Positions 18,819 to 28,189 of a DNA stretch of 64,000 bases are shown piece after piece. Where the stretch lies: positions 16,560 to 80,559 of the forward strand of contig CALWQM010000012.1 of assembly GCA_944383685.1 (NCBI GenBank), in the 5' to 3' direction. Under the pieces are notes generated by a model. The model did no database searches. It worked only from the letters and a program-made list of their open reading frames with translations, and was not told the origin of the DNA. The stretch is from an uncultured Clostridia bacterium (GTDB taxonomy: Bacteria; Bacillota; Clostridia; Christensenellales; UBA1242). Within the stretch, counting starts at the first letter, position 1, and every line of letters starts with the position of its first letter. The translations under genes were made by a program, and so were the position numbers.

Positions 18819-19277
18819 TCATATTAACATATATTTTTCTTTCAGTTCTTTTATATCCATTTTAATGTTAGGCTCAGGACAAATAATCATAATTGCATCA
18901 TACATTTTTTTTGTTAAGGTTACATCAATTCTTTTATCTCCTGCAATAAAAGATAGGTCTCTTACCCCTCTTCCACGAATTTTTGTTGTTATTTCAGTTA
19001 TCTCGGTCCACTCAATATATGTTACTGTTTTTCTAAGGAAAAGCCACACAATTCCCACTTCACTGAAAATTACTTTTGACGGCATTCTTTTTTCTTCAAA
19101 CAACATAAAAATAGACCCTAATAAACTAACTATACCCGCCAAAAATAACGGCCAAAAATTCTCAGCATCCAAAATTATCATCACAAGTCCTGCTATAAAC
19201 AAAGCAAGAACTATTGGCATAAACACAGTAAGAAATACAACTAATTGAAATTTATGTTTCCAAAATGTAACTTTCAA
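18819..19277 (-). CDS. Small membrane protein: two TM helices plus a cytoplasmic domain of about 90 aa
   Basis: TTG start 5 nt after the AAGGAG formed by the last codons of the upstream gene. Two hydrophobic helices are followed by a soluble tail. Confidence 0.6.
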   Translation of the reverse strand: MKVTFWKHKFQLVVFLTVFMPIVLALFIAGLVMIILDAENFWPLFLAGIVSLLGSIFMLFEEKRMPSKVIFSEVGIVWLFLRKTVTYIEWTEITEITTKIRGRGVRDLSFIAGDKRIDVTLTKKMYDAIMIICPEPNIKMDIKELKEKYMLI

Positions 19278-19279
19278 AT

Positions 19280-20158
19280 TTACTCCTTATAATAACTTGT
19301 CGCAAGTTCATCGCAACGATTGTTAAGAACATTATCACTATGGCCTTTGACCTTAACAAACTCAACCTTTCTTTTGCTTACTAAATCGTCAAGCTCTTTC
19401 CAAAGGTCGATATTCAAAACCTCTCCGCCGCCAGAAGTTCTCCAATTATTTCTTTTCCAGTTCACAAGCCAATTTTGATTGAAAGCATTAACAACATAAG
19501 CACTGTCACTATATACCTTCACTTTCTCATTTTCTTCGGTAAGTTTCAACCCTTCAATCACCGCTGTAAGTTCCATACGGTTATTTGTTGTTTCGTCTTC
19601 ACCGCCTGAAAACTCTTGAATTTTTTCTTCACCTTTTGGAAGATAAACTCCGCCATAGCCACCCTTTCCAGGATTGCCAGAGCAAGCGCCATCAGTGTAG
19701 ATAACATCACAATCTTCTTTGAAAGAAGAAAAATCTTGCATTTCGCTTTTTTCATCTTCAAAATATAACTCTTTGGCTATTTCTTCAAGCATTTTTTCTT
19801 GTTTTCCAAAAGTTCCCAAAAGCTTAACACCATCTCCCAACTTTCTTGGCATGATATGGAAACAAAGATGCATAACTGTTTGTTCTGCACTTTCTCCACT
19901 ATTATTCAAAACATTGTATCCTTCAAACCCGCAATCATTAACAAAGTGATTTCCAATTTTTTTAACACTTGAAATTATTTTGCCAAGAGTTCTATCTGGG
20001 CAGTCCATTAAATTCTCATAATGCTTTTTAGAAACAACCAAAGTATGTCCATAAACGTCATTTGTAACATCTAAAAAAGCATAAACATTTTCATCCTCAT
20101 AAACCTTATATGAAGAAACATCTCCTTTGATAATTTTGCAAAACAAACAATCTTTCAT
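19280..20158 (-). CDS. HIT-family domain fused to RNase HI
   Basis: The N-terminus CLFCKII...YAFLD...GHTLVV..KH...HLCFHIMPR is a HIT fold. The C-terminus IYTDGAC...NNRMELTAV...VYSDSAYV...KGHSD..NNRCDELA carries the RNase HI D-E-D-D residues. Confidence 0.8.
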   Translation of the reverse strand: MKDCLFCKIIKGDVSSYKVYEDENVYAFLDVTNDVYGHTLVVSKKHYENLMDCPDRTLGKIISSVKKIGNHFVNDCGFEGYNVLNNSGESAEQTVMHLCFHIMPRKLGDGVKLLGTFGKQEKMLEEIAKELYFEDEKSEMQDFSSFKEDCDVIYTDGACSGNPGKGGYGGVYLPKGEEKIQEFSGGEDETTNNRMELTAVIEGLKLTEENEKVKVYSDSAYVVNAFNQNWLVNWKRNNWRTSGGGEVLNIDLWKELDDLVSKRKVEFVKVKGHSDNVLNNRCDELATSYYKE

Positions 20159-20166
20159 AAAAACTC

Positions 20167-21615
20167 CTATTTACTTTTTTCTCTACTTTGAAGTTCCATT
20201 TCAGTTTCAGTATTCAAAAATATATTATCAATTGAAACATGATGCTTGTCAAAATATGGTTTCAAATTTTCTTTTGTTATATAATTAAGAGCATTCTCTT
20301 TAACACCAAAAACATTAAATAGCTTTTCCTTTAAATCTAAATCAAGATTAAATGAATAATTGATGCATCCATTCTTCTTTAAAACGTCCTCTGTATATTC
20401 CTTAGAAAACATTGATAATTCTGCTCTTTGAGTTTTGAACATAACATTAACAGAATGTGGAAGTTTTCCTTCCTGCATATCTTTTAAAATCATATCTACC
20501 TTTTCATCAAACTGTTTATCCAAAAAAGGTGGAATTGAATTTCTGCATTTATTATAAATATTACTTTCAATTTCAATATAAGCCCTAATTTGTTCATTTG
20601 TTTTATATCTATGCGGATAATTGCGACTTAAAATATCACGCTGATGATTGTCAAGTGTTTCCTTAAATGATTCAACAAGACGATATTTCAAATATTGCCT
20701 TAAATCTAAATTTTCGCCATAAGAGTTTTTTATGATTCCGGTATAGTTTCCAATGCGCTTAATTTCTTTTTTTGAAAAATCTCTAAAAAATTCATCAACT
20801 GCCTTTGCTCTTTCGTCATTATAAGAAGAATGAGCATACTTTGGTTCTTCTCCAAAACCAATATACCCATCAATTTGGGGCAAAATTGGATTTCCCTTTT
20901 CTGCCCCAACAAATAAATCTGGGTTTTCTTTTTTAATTTTATTTAAAATATCAACATATTTTTGAACATTTCGATAGCTAGCATAAATAACAATATTATC
21001 ATTTCTATGGCAAAAACCCGTATCAAATTTAAAATAGGTGCTTAAATTGTTTTTGTCACATTCACTTAAAAATAATTTGAGAGTTGGTATAATATTTTGC
21101 GGTTGCAAATTCAAATATAATCTGCAATCAATATTTTTACCACGTGGTAATAGATGCGTATAAACATGAACAAAATCAGGATAAACATTGTTATTATACA
21201 CTGGGTCATCTTCATTTTGTGCATTTAAAAATCTTAAACCACTTTCCTTAAATTCTTCATCATAAGTTTTATAAATAAACCTTTGACAATCATATGGCGA
21301 CATGTTTTCTTTCTTAAATTTGCCATTTTGTTTAAGTTTTCTAATGCATTCCAATGTTCTTCCAGAAAATTTATTTTCATCTAAATTAACAATAAAATCA
21401 TACCAACTATCATAAGCCATTTTGTATAAATTTAAAACATCTTCTTTTGTCATTGGCTCATTTGACACATTTATATTTTCATGAGTAAAAAGATGATAAT
21501 TATGGCTTCCAGCCAACTCATAATCTATATTAGTTTTTAAAACTTCACATATATCAATGTTATTTTCCCTTATAAGTTTGTCCAAAAAAAACTTTTTTTC
21601 ACTGCTTACCGCCAT
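20167..21615 (-). CDS. Hypothetical 482-aa protein (faint HopA1 / LanKC-N-terminal-like resemblance)
   Basis: ATG with a GGGGGA SD. The segment CRLYLNL...YFKFDTGFCHRNDNIVIYASY recalls that family only loosely. First gene of a tightly packed operon. Confidence 0.55.
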   Translation of the reverse strand: MAVSSEKKFFLDKLIRENNIDICEVLKTNIDYELAGSHNYHLFTHENINVSNEPMTKEDVLNLYKMAYDSWYDFIVNLDENKFSGRTLECIRKLKQNGKFKKENMSPYDCQRFIYKTYDEEFKESGLRFLNAQNEDDPVYNNNVYPDFVHVYTHLLPRGKNIDCRLYLNLQPQNIIPTLKLFLSECDKNNLSTYFKFDTGFCHRNDNIVIYASYRNVQKYVDILNKIKKENPDLFVGAEKGNPILPQIDGYIGFGEEPKYAHSSYNDERAKAVDEFFRDFSKKEIKRIGNYTGIIKNSYGENLDLRQYLKYRLVESFKETLDNHQRDILSRNYPHRYKTNEQIRAYIEIESNIYNKCRNSIPPFLDKQFDEKVDMILKDMQEGKLPHSVNVMFKTQRAELSMFSKEYTEDVLKKNGCINYSFNLDLDLKEKLFNVFGVKENALNYITKENLKPYFDKHHVSIDNIFLNTETEMELQSREKSK

Positions 21616-21633
21616 AAGTCCCCCAATAGTTAA

Positions 21634-21662
21634 AGTATATCAACAAAAACTTTTTTTGTAAA
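21634..21662 (-). promoter_or_regulatory. Candidate promoter of the 21615-18819 operon
   Basis: -35 TTTACA (21657-21662), 17 nt, -10 TATACT (21634-21639) on the minus strand. Confidence 0.4.
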
Positions 21663-21705
21663 GTAAATATAAAATCTTGAACAGGTAAAATAATTTTAAA
21701 ATCAA

Positions 21706-21728
21706 ATAAAAAACAGGCAATGCCTGTT
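21706..21728 (-). terminator. Terminator overlapping the degV stop codon
   Basis: AACAGGCA/TGCCTGTT palindrome followed by a T-run on the minus strand. Confidence 0.6.
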
Positions 21729-22596
21729 ATTTATAAAATCTATATCCGCCAACAGCCAAAACTTTTGGACCAGTGTGAGTTGCAATGCTAAGAGCAAGAG
21801 GGTCAACAAAAGTACATGGAATGTTTGGAAATTCTTCTTGCAGTTCTTGTTTAAAAATTTGAGCATTCTCATCATTAGTGGTGTGAGCAACAGCAATGGC
21901 AAACTCTCCATTTTGAACATACTTTTGAAATCTTGTTTCGATATCATTTCTAAGCGCTGCAATCATTTTCTTCTTTGCAGATCTAATATTTGTTACCATT
22001 GCGAACTTATCAATCTTTCCGCCTTGAATGGTGAGAATAGGTTTGATGTTTAAAACAGTTCCAATGGCAGCTGCTGCTGGTGTTACCCTTCCGCCACGTT
22101 TAAGATATTTCAAAGTGTCAACCACAAGATAAATACTTGCGTTCAAGCCATCGTTTTCCAAATATTCTTTAATTTCTTTGCCGTCCATTCCATCTTTTGC
22201 AAGTTTGATTGCATCAAAAACAGAAGATTTCATTGTTATTGAAATTCTTTTATTGTCAACAACAAAAACTTTGTCAGGATAATTTTTAGCAAAACTTTCT
22301 GCTGTTTCACAGGATTGACTTAAAGCACTTGTCATTGGTATATGGATAACTTGGTCATAAGTTTTAAGCAAATCTTCCCAAAGCTCAACAATTGAATTTA
22401 TATTAGGTTGAGAGGTTGTTATCTTTGCATCTTCTCTTTGCAATTTATAAAATTCTTCTTGTGATAAATCAACTCCCTCATAAAGAACATCATCTCCAAT
22501 AATAAATGGCATAGGAACAAGATAAATTCCTAATTCCTTTGCTTCTTCTTGTGTAATACCGCTGTTTGTGTCAGCCACGATTGCAATTTTCTTCAT
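21727..22596 (-). CDS. DegV family fatty-acid-binding protein
   Basis: MKKIAIVADTNSGITQEEAKELGIYLVPMPF... is a typical DegV N-terminus and the length fits. Confidence 0.9.
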   Translation of the reverse strand: MKKIAIVADTNSGITQEEAKELGIYLVPMPFIIGDDVLYEGVDLSQEEFYKLQREDAKITTSQPNINSIVELWEDLLKTYDQVIHIPMTSALSQSCETAESFAKNYPDKVFVVDNKRISITMKSSVFDAIKLAKDGMDGKEIKEYLENDGLNASIYLVVDTLKYLKRGGRVTPAAAAIGTVLNIKPILTIQGGKIDKFAMVTNIRSAKKKMIAALRNDIETRFQKYVQNGEFAIAVAHTTNDENAQIFKQELQEEFPNIPCTFVDPLALSIATHTGPKVLAVGGYRFYK

Positions 22597-22865
22597 ATAA
22601 TCTCCTTAAACGTGAGTTATTATACACTATGTTAAAAAAAATACCAAATGATTTACAAAAAATTATTACTTAAAATTTTTTAATTAATTTTTATTGTATT
22701 ATTTTGATTAAAATTTTTTAAGTTTTTTGTCCTGTATCCATTAAAAACAAGCGAACCAGAAAATTAAATAAATTCTTTAAACTTAAAAAAATAAGATAAA
22801 TTTATTATAATAAAATATTAAAAAAATAAAAGTAGTTTTTCTACTTTTATTTTTCATATTAAATA

Positions 22866-23966
22866 TTATTTTCCCCTAGACTCTCTATATCTTTCATTTT
22901 TAATTCTGCTTACTTTTGCTTGGTATTTTCCATAATTTTCTATATCTCTTTCAATTCTTTCTTGTTCACTTAGTTCAAGTTTTTGAATTTCCTCTTGCCC
23001 ACCTAAAACCAAAGTTGGTATTTTTTCTTTCCATAATTTTTCTAATTTAGTTTTTTGTGTTTCTGAAGAAGAATAATATCTTTCATTAAAAAAGTCAACA
23101 AATCTCATATTTCCTTCAATTGTCTCTCTTGATAAACTTTTAAATATGGAAGGATAATGAGATAAAATCCTATCATGATTATATTTTAAAAATTCGTCAT
23201 TTCTAAAAAGTAAATCTTTGTCACTTTCAGACAATAGTTGATCAAATAATTCTAATTTAATATAACCATTATTTTCACATACACTTCCCCATAGATAATA
23301 TGGCATAATATTTTTATTATCTAAACCAGTTAACTTATCTAAGATATCTTCATATAAAATTTCATCTTTTCTATAAATATAATTGAAAAACTTAACTATC
23401 TTAACTGTTCCGTATCTCTGTTTAATTATGTCAAAATTTTCAAATACCACATCACTATTCTTTTTAAAGAAATTATAGTTAAAAATTTCATCTGCGCCAA
23501 GGTAAATGCAAATTTCAGGTTTAACACTTACTGCATACTTATATAAATCTTGATTTTGCTTAAAATTTTCAGCATAATCTTTCGCAAGGGTTTCAATATC
23601 TTTTGCCTTTGCCTCTTCATCAAAAATTTGGCAAAGTTCTTTAAAATCTTGTTGCTTCTTTTCTAATTGTGCTTGTTTTTCCTGTTTCCTTGCTTCAATT
23701 TCTTCCCTTTCTTTTGCCAATCTTTGTTTTGATTCTTCAATTTTTTGGTCTCTTTTTGCCTTCACACCTTCTTGATAAGCTTTTCTTTTTTCTTGCATTT
23801 TTGGGTCATTTTTTAATTCTTCAAATCTACGACGCCTTTCTTCACTTTCTGCCAAATGAGCATTAAAAAGTTCTTCACCTTCTGCAAGTCTATTTAATTG
23901 CTCTTCCTGAGAAGGTTCTTTATATGATGGAATATACTTGCTTTTCAATCTTGATAATCTAACCAT
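22866..23966 (-). CDS. Hypothetical protein with a charged coiled-coil N-terminal third
   Basis: ATG with an AGGAG SD. An E/K/R-rich region of about 120 aa is followed by a globular part with no recognised family. Confidence 0.6.
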   Translation of the reverse strand: MVRLSRLKSKYIPSYKEPSQEEQLNRLAEGEELFNAHLAESEERRRRFEELKNDPKMQEKRKAYQEGVKAKRDQKIEESKQRLAKEREEIEARKQEKQAQLEKKQQDFKELCQIFDEEAKAKDIETLAKDYAENFKQNQDLYKYAVSVKPEICIYLGADEIFNYNFFKKNSDVVFENFDIIKQRYGTVKIVKFFNYIYRKDEILYEDILDKLTGLDNKNIMPYYLWGSVCENNGYIKLELFDQLLSESDKDLLFRNDEFLKYNHDRILSHYPSIFKSLSRETIEGNMRFVDFFNERYYSSSETQKTKLEKLWKEKIPTLVLGGQEEIQKLELSEQERIERDIENYGKYQAKVSRIKNERYRESRGK

Positions 23967-24024
23967 TTCACATCTCCTTCAAGGTTTATTATACCACGAT
24001 AAAAAGATTTTTACAAGACTTATT

Positions 24025-25113
24025 TTAATTTAATTCGACAATTTTCTCCCAAGGAAACTCCTCTCTGCCAAAATGGCCAAAGCAAGCCGTCTTTTTATAA
24101 ATAGGCTTTAACAAATCTAGTTCTTTTATAATATTACTTAAACGGAAACTGAAATTATTTTTCACAATCTCATAAATTTTTCCCATTTCAACCTTATTTG
24201 TTCCAAAACAATCAATGTTAATACTCACTGGCTCCGGAAGCCCAATGGCATAAGACACTTCAATTTCGCAGATGTCAGCAAAGCCATTTGCCACAATGTT
24301 TTTTGCAACATATCTTGCATAGTAAGCCCCTGACCTGTCAACTTTTGTGGCATTTTTTGAACTGAAACAACCGCCACCAACTCTGCCAACACCACCATAG
24401 GTGTCAACAATAATTTTTCTCCCAACGCAACCACTATCGCCAAAACTTCCCCAAATCGTGAATTTACCACTTGGGTTGATAAGAATTTTCAAATCATCCT
24501 TAACAAAACTCTCAAACTCGCTTAAAGTTGGAACAATCACATTTTCCAAAATAAGTTTACAAATTTCTTCATTAGAAAATTTTTCATCATGTGAAACACT
24601 TATAAGGATTGTTGAAAAACTTACAGGTTTTTTATTCTCATACTTAACCGAAACTTGACTCTTTGCATCAGCAAAGAAAAAGTTAGTCGTCTTTCTGTAA
24701 TCATCATAATTTTTCATTAATTTATGTGCAACAATAATTGGCAAAGGCATAAAAGAAGCTGTTTCATTTGTTGCATATCCATAGACCATGCCTTGGTCAT
24801 TTGCACAAAGTTCTTTTTTCACAACCGCTTGATTTATATCTGGACTTTGCTCGCTTATCTCCTTTATAATTTGAAAATCATTTTTATAGCCTATTTCTTT
24901 AAGTATTTTTCTTGCAATGCCATCATAATCAATCTTTGCTTTTGTTGTTGCCTCTCCATAAATAAAAAGTTTATCATTTTTAATGGCACATTCAACCGCC
25001 ATTTGACTGTTTTTATCTTGTTTAAGTGCTTCATCCAAAAATGCATCTGCAATATAATCGCAAGTTTTATCTGGATGTCCAATGTTCACACTTTCACTTG
25101 TTATAATATTCAT
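24025..25113 (-). CDS. metK: S-adenosylmethionine synthetase
   Basis: SESVNIGHPDKTCDYIAD, GDSGCVGRKIIVDTYGG and DRSGAYYARYVAKN. The start was set to the ATG at 25113 after AAGGAG; the track start at 25119 is GTG. Confidence 0.9.
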   Translation of the reverse strand: MNIITSESVNIGHPDKTCDYIADAFLDEALKQDKNSQMAVECAIKNDKLFIYGEATTKAKIDYDGIARKILKEIGYKNDFQIIKEISEQSPDINQAVVKKELCANDQGMVYGYATNETASFMPLPIIVAHKLMKNYDDYRKTTNFFFADAKSQVSVKYENKKPVSFSTILISVSHDEKFSNEEICKLILENVIVPTLSEFESFVKDDLKILINPSGKFTIWGSFGDSGCVGRKIIVDTYGGVGRVGGGCFSSKNATKVDRSGAYYARYVAKNIVANGFADICEIEVSYAIGLPEPVSINIDCFGTNKVEMGKIYEIVKNNFSFRLSNIIKELDLLKPIYKKTACFGHFGREEFPWEKIVELN

Positions 25114-25261
25114 ATTCACTCCTTTATTTTGATTTTATCAAATTTAATCTTAAATAAAAACCATTTATATATTAAAAATCAAAAATTTTATTTTTCATAA
25201 TTTATCCAATTTCATATTTGCCTCCTTTTGAAAATTTCATATAAATTTCCACAAAGAGAGC

Positions 25262-25391
25262 AAAAATAAATCCCATCGTTTTGATGGGCTTGTTGTCAAC
25301 TTGTCACCCATCGAGTCAGCCATTAGCACCTTGGTTAAAACTAGGTTGCTGTGTGGTCATTGGGGCTGTCCCTCGCACACTCTTTATGGAT
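25262..25391 (-). promoter_or_regulatory. SAM-I (S-box) riboswitch with intrinsic terminator
   Basis: The minus strand reads ...AAGAGTGTGCGAGGGACAGCCCCAATGACC..CAGCAACC...AAGGTGCTAA.... P1 pairs ATCCAT with ATGGGT. The terminator is CCCATC-AAAAC-GATGGG plus a T-run, and CCCATC can alternatively pair with the P1 3' strand. Confidence 0.85.
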
Positions 25392-25469
25392 ATAATATTA
25401 TTATAGCAAAATAAATTTGATTTGTCACATAATTTTAAAGACAAAATAAAAAAGAGTTTTCACACTTTT

Positions 25470-25685
25470 TTATAACTCTTTTGGTTGGTTTGCAAGATAC
25501 TCTCCAAGACTTTTTCTCCTCTCTTCCTTTTTTCTTTCTTCTTCACTAATCCTTTCTTTTCCTAATTGTTCAGGAGATTTTCTATCAGCATAAGCCTCCA
25601 ATTCTTTTTCAATTTCTGCAAGTTCTTGTTCTTGCTCCAACTTTTCTAAATCTCTTTCACCCGCAAATTGCCTAGGAGTTTGCAA
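25470..25685 (-). CDS. Possible small acidic protein (weak call)
   Basis: 71 codons with a TTG start and no visible SD. The sequence is E/K-rich and low in complexity. Confidence 0.3.
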   Translation of the reverse strand: MQTPRQFAGERDLEKLEQEQELAEIEKELEAYADRKSPEQLGKERISEEERKKEERRKSLGEYLANQPKEL

Positions 25686-25702
25686 TACACTTTTTAAAAT
25701 TG

Positions 25703-26743
25703 TTAACCAATCATTTTTTCAAGTTTAAAGGAAACTTTGCCCTCGTCTTCATCCTTTGAAAGCACAACAACATTAATTTCATCGTCAACCTTAACAAGTT
25801 CATAAATATTTTTTTGTCTATTTTCTGTGCAATTTTGAATATGAAGAAGTCCTGTTGCACCATTCTCAACTTTAACAATGGCACCAAAACGCAAAAGTTT
25901 AACCACTTTGCCCTTATAAACTTTGCCAACTTCAAGCTCCTTTACTCTTGAAATTTTTGGGTCTTCCAAAAGGGCTTTATAGGAAAGTTCAACCTTCTTG
26001 TTTTCCCTATCAAGATTGATAACTCTAAATTGTTTTACATCACCTTCATGCAAAACTTCATGCACATCACTGACTTTGTCATAAGAAAGATTGGAAATAT
26101 GCACAAAGCAGTCAATTCCATCCACTTCCACAAAAGCACCATAAGGCATAATTTTTTTAATTTTCCCTGTGACAATCTTGTTAACAAAAATACTGTTCCA
26201 GAAATTGTTTTCAAGTGCAACCTTAACTTGCTCTTGCAAAAGTTTTGCGCTTGCAATGATTGTTTTCTTTTCATGGTCAATTTCAGTTACCACAACTTCA
26301 AGTTGCTTATGAAGAAATGCTTTCAAATCTTTAACATATTTTAAAGATGCTTCACTTGCTGGCACGAAAACTGAGTAATCTCCCATTTTGGAATGTAAAC
26401 CATTGTTGTTAACAGAAGTCACAACAAAAGTGAACTTGCTTCCAAGCCTTAAAGATTGAGCATTTTGATTGGCAATTTTAATATCTCTTGCAAGACGCAT
26501 TGAAGCCTCAATAAGCCCTTCTTCATTCTTTTGTTTTGTGATAATAACAGGAAATCTGTCACCAATCTTCACCAAAGAAAAATCATCAAAATCGCTTGCT
26601 GGAATGAAAGCATCATTCTTTCCGCCAATATTAAAAATTACACCATCTTCTCTTTTTAAAACAACAACACCATCAAAAATTTGACCTTTTTTATAAGATG
26701 TAAAAGTTTTGTCAATAGTTTCCAAGTTAAATTCTTCGTTCAT
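25703..26743 (-). CDS. S1 RNA-binding domain protein (four S1 repeats, ribosomal protein S1-like)
   Basis: Repeated G.V..I...GAFV.. S1 motifs, for example GKIKKIMPYGAFVEV and GKVVKLLRFGAIVKV. Confidence 0.8.
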   Translation of the reverse strand: MNEEFNLETIDKTFTSYKKGQIFDGVVVLKREDGVIFNIGGKNDAFIPASDFDDFSLVKIGDRFPVIITKQKNEEGLIEASMRLARDIKIANQNAQSLRLGSKFTFVVTSVNNNGLHSKMGDYSVFVPASEASLKYVKDLKAFLHKQLEVVVTEIDHEKKTIIASAKLLQEQVKVALENNFWNSIFVNKIVTGKIKKIMPYGAFVEVDGIDCFVHISNLSYDKVSDVHEVLHEGDVKQFRVINLDRENKKVELSYKALLEDPKISRVKELEVGKVYKGKVVKLLRFGAIVKVENGATGLLHIQNCTENRQKNIYELVKVDDEINVVVLSKDEDEGKVSFKLEKMIG

Positions 26744-26872
26744 AATAAATCCTTATTGTAATATTTTTAATAGGATATCAAATAAAAAAGAAAATGTCAA
26801 AGATTTAATAAAATTTTTAATTATTTCTTTGTTTTGGTTTTGTTTTTCAAAGTTATATGGTAAAATTAAAAA

Positions 26873-27445
26873 ATGGAAAAGGTAAAAGATTTAATTTTAT
26901 ATCAAATTGCAAAATCCAAAAAATTTAGTGTTGGAGACAAAATAACTTTTAATGAAAAAACAATAACTGGGCAATATCGCAAAGTCTTTCAAACAAAGTT
27001 TCAAATTGAAAATATAAGGTTATCTAACATTGCATATGAAAAACAACACAGAAAGCTTTTAAAGAAAAACATTTTAACCTTCGCCCATCTATGTGATGAA
27101 TATGATTTTGTTGTAAGAGAACTTGCCACAGAAAAAGTTAGGAAGGAATTTTATCCTGATTATCCTTCAAGGCTTCATTGCATGTATCTATCATTATCAA
27201 GGCAAACTGCATTAAAAAATTTTGAAAAAAGTAAAGAACCTCACTTGCAAGCTATTGCTGTTAAACTTAATGGTAAAATACATAAATGCGGAAATGTTAT
27301 GCTGGACAGAAATGGCGGAAGCTTTGAAGATTATGAAAAAACTGCCCACGAGTACTGGAAACAAGAAAATGTGAAAGATGAAGATGTGAAAGAAATCTTA
27401 TTTGAAGGTAAAGCTGAAATTGTTGAAATTATGGATGAAAGATAA
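26873..27445 (+). CDS. Hypothetical protein
   Basis: 190-codon ORF with an ATG start but no clear SD. It contains YPDYPSRLHCMYLS. The family was not recognised with confidence. Confidence 0.45.
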   Translation: MEKVKDLILYQIAKSKKFSVGDKITFNEKTITGQYRKVFQTKFQIENIRLSNIAYEKQHRKLLKKNILTFAHLCDEYDFVVRELATEKVRKEFYPDYPSRLHCMYLSLSRQTALKNFEKSKEPHLQAIAVKLNGKIHKCGNVMLDRNGGSFEDYEKTAHEYWKQENVKDEDVKEILFEGKAEIVEIMDER

Positions 27446-27482
27446 CAAGCATCCAACTAAAAAAATAATAAAAGATGAGCTT

Positions 27483-28100
27483 TTATTTCTCATCTTTTTT
27501 CTTTTTGCCTTGTTGGCTTTCACTATAAAGTTCAAGCATTTTTTCTCTCACAACTTGGTTTGCTTCATTAAGAGTTTCTTCATCAAGTTTCTTTCCATAA
27601 AATTCGCTTAATTCATAAGGCTTACCAATAAATATCTTTGATTTTCTAAAAAGTTTTGGCTTTCTTGCATTCCAAACTGGAATGATTGGAGTTTTGGTTT
27701 TTATGGCAATCATAGCCATTCCGCTTTTTATCTCTCCAAGTATTTTTGATTCGTCTTTAAGTCTTGTGCCCTCTGGGAATATGAAAAGTTTTTTTCCTTC
27801 TTTAAGAGCTTTCATACACTCTTTAATGGCATTGATATCATTCCCTTCTCTGTCAATAAATATTGCACCAAGATGTTTTAAGATAAAACCAAAAAATTTA
27901 TTGTTTGCAAGCTCCTTTTTTGCCAAAATCTTAACACGTTCTTTTGTGTGCAAAAGATAAAGCACAATATCCCAATTTGAACGGTGATTTGAACAAATGA
28001 TTGCCTTTCCCTTTGGTCTATTTTTTCTGCCATAAATATATGTTGGATGCATAATTGAAAGAGGTATCCAAAGAAGTATTCTAACTATCCAAAGAAACAT
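27483..28100 (-). CDS. plsC: 1-acyl-sn-glycerol-3-phosphate acyltransferase
   Basis: NHRSNWD (H-x4-D) and FPEGTR motifs. The start was set to the ATG at 28100 after AGGAGA. Confidence 0.85.
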   Translation of the reverse strand: MFLWIVRILLWIPLSIMHPTYIYGRKNRPKGKAIICSNHRSNWDIVLYLLHTKERVKILAKKELANNKFFGFILKHLGAIFIDREGNDINAIKECMKALKEGKKLFIFPEGTRLKDESKILGEIKSGMAMIAIKTKTPIIPVWNARKPKLFRKSKIFIGKPYELSEFYGKKLDEETLNEANQVVREKMLELYSESQQGKKKKDEK

Positions 28101-28189
28101 ATTTTTTCTCCTATACAAAATTTAGGTTTAACCCAAATCATTTCTATAATAATATATATTTAAAATAAAGATATGTCAAATAAATTTAG

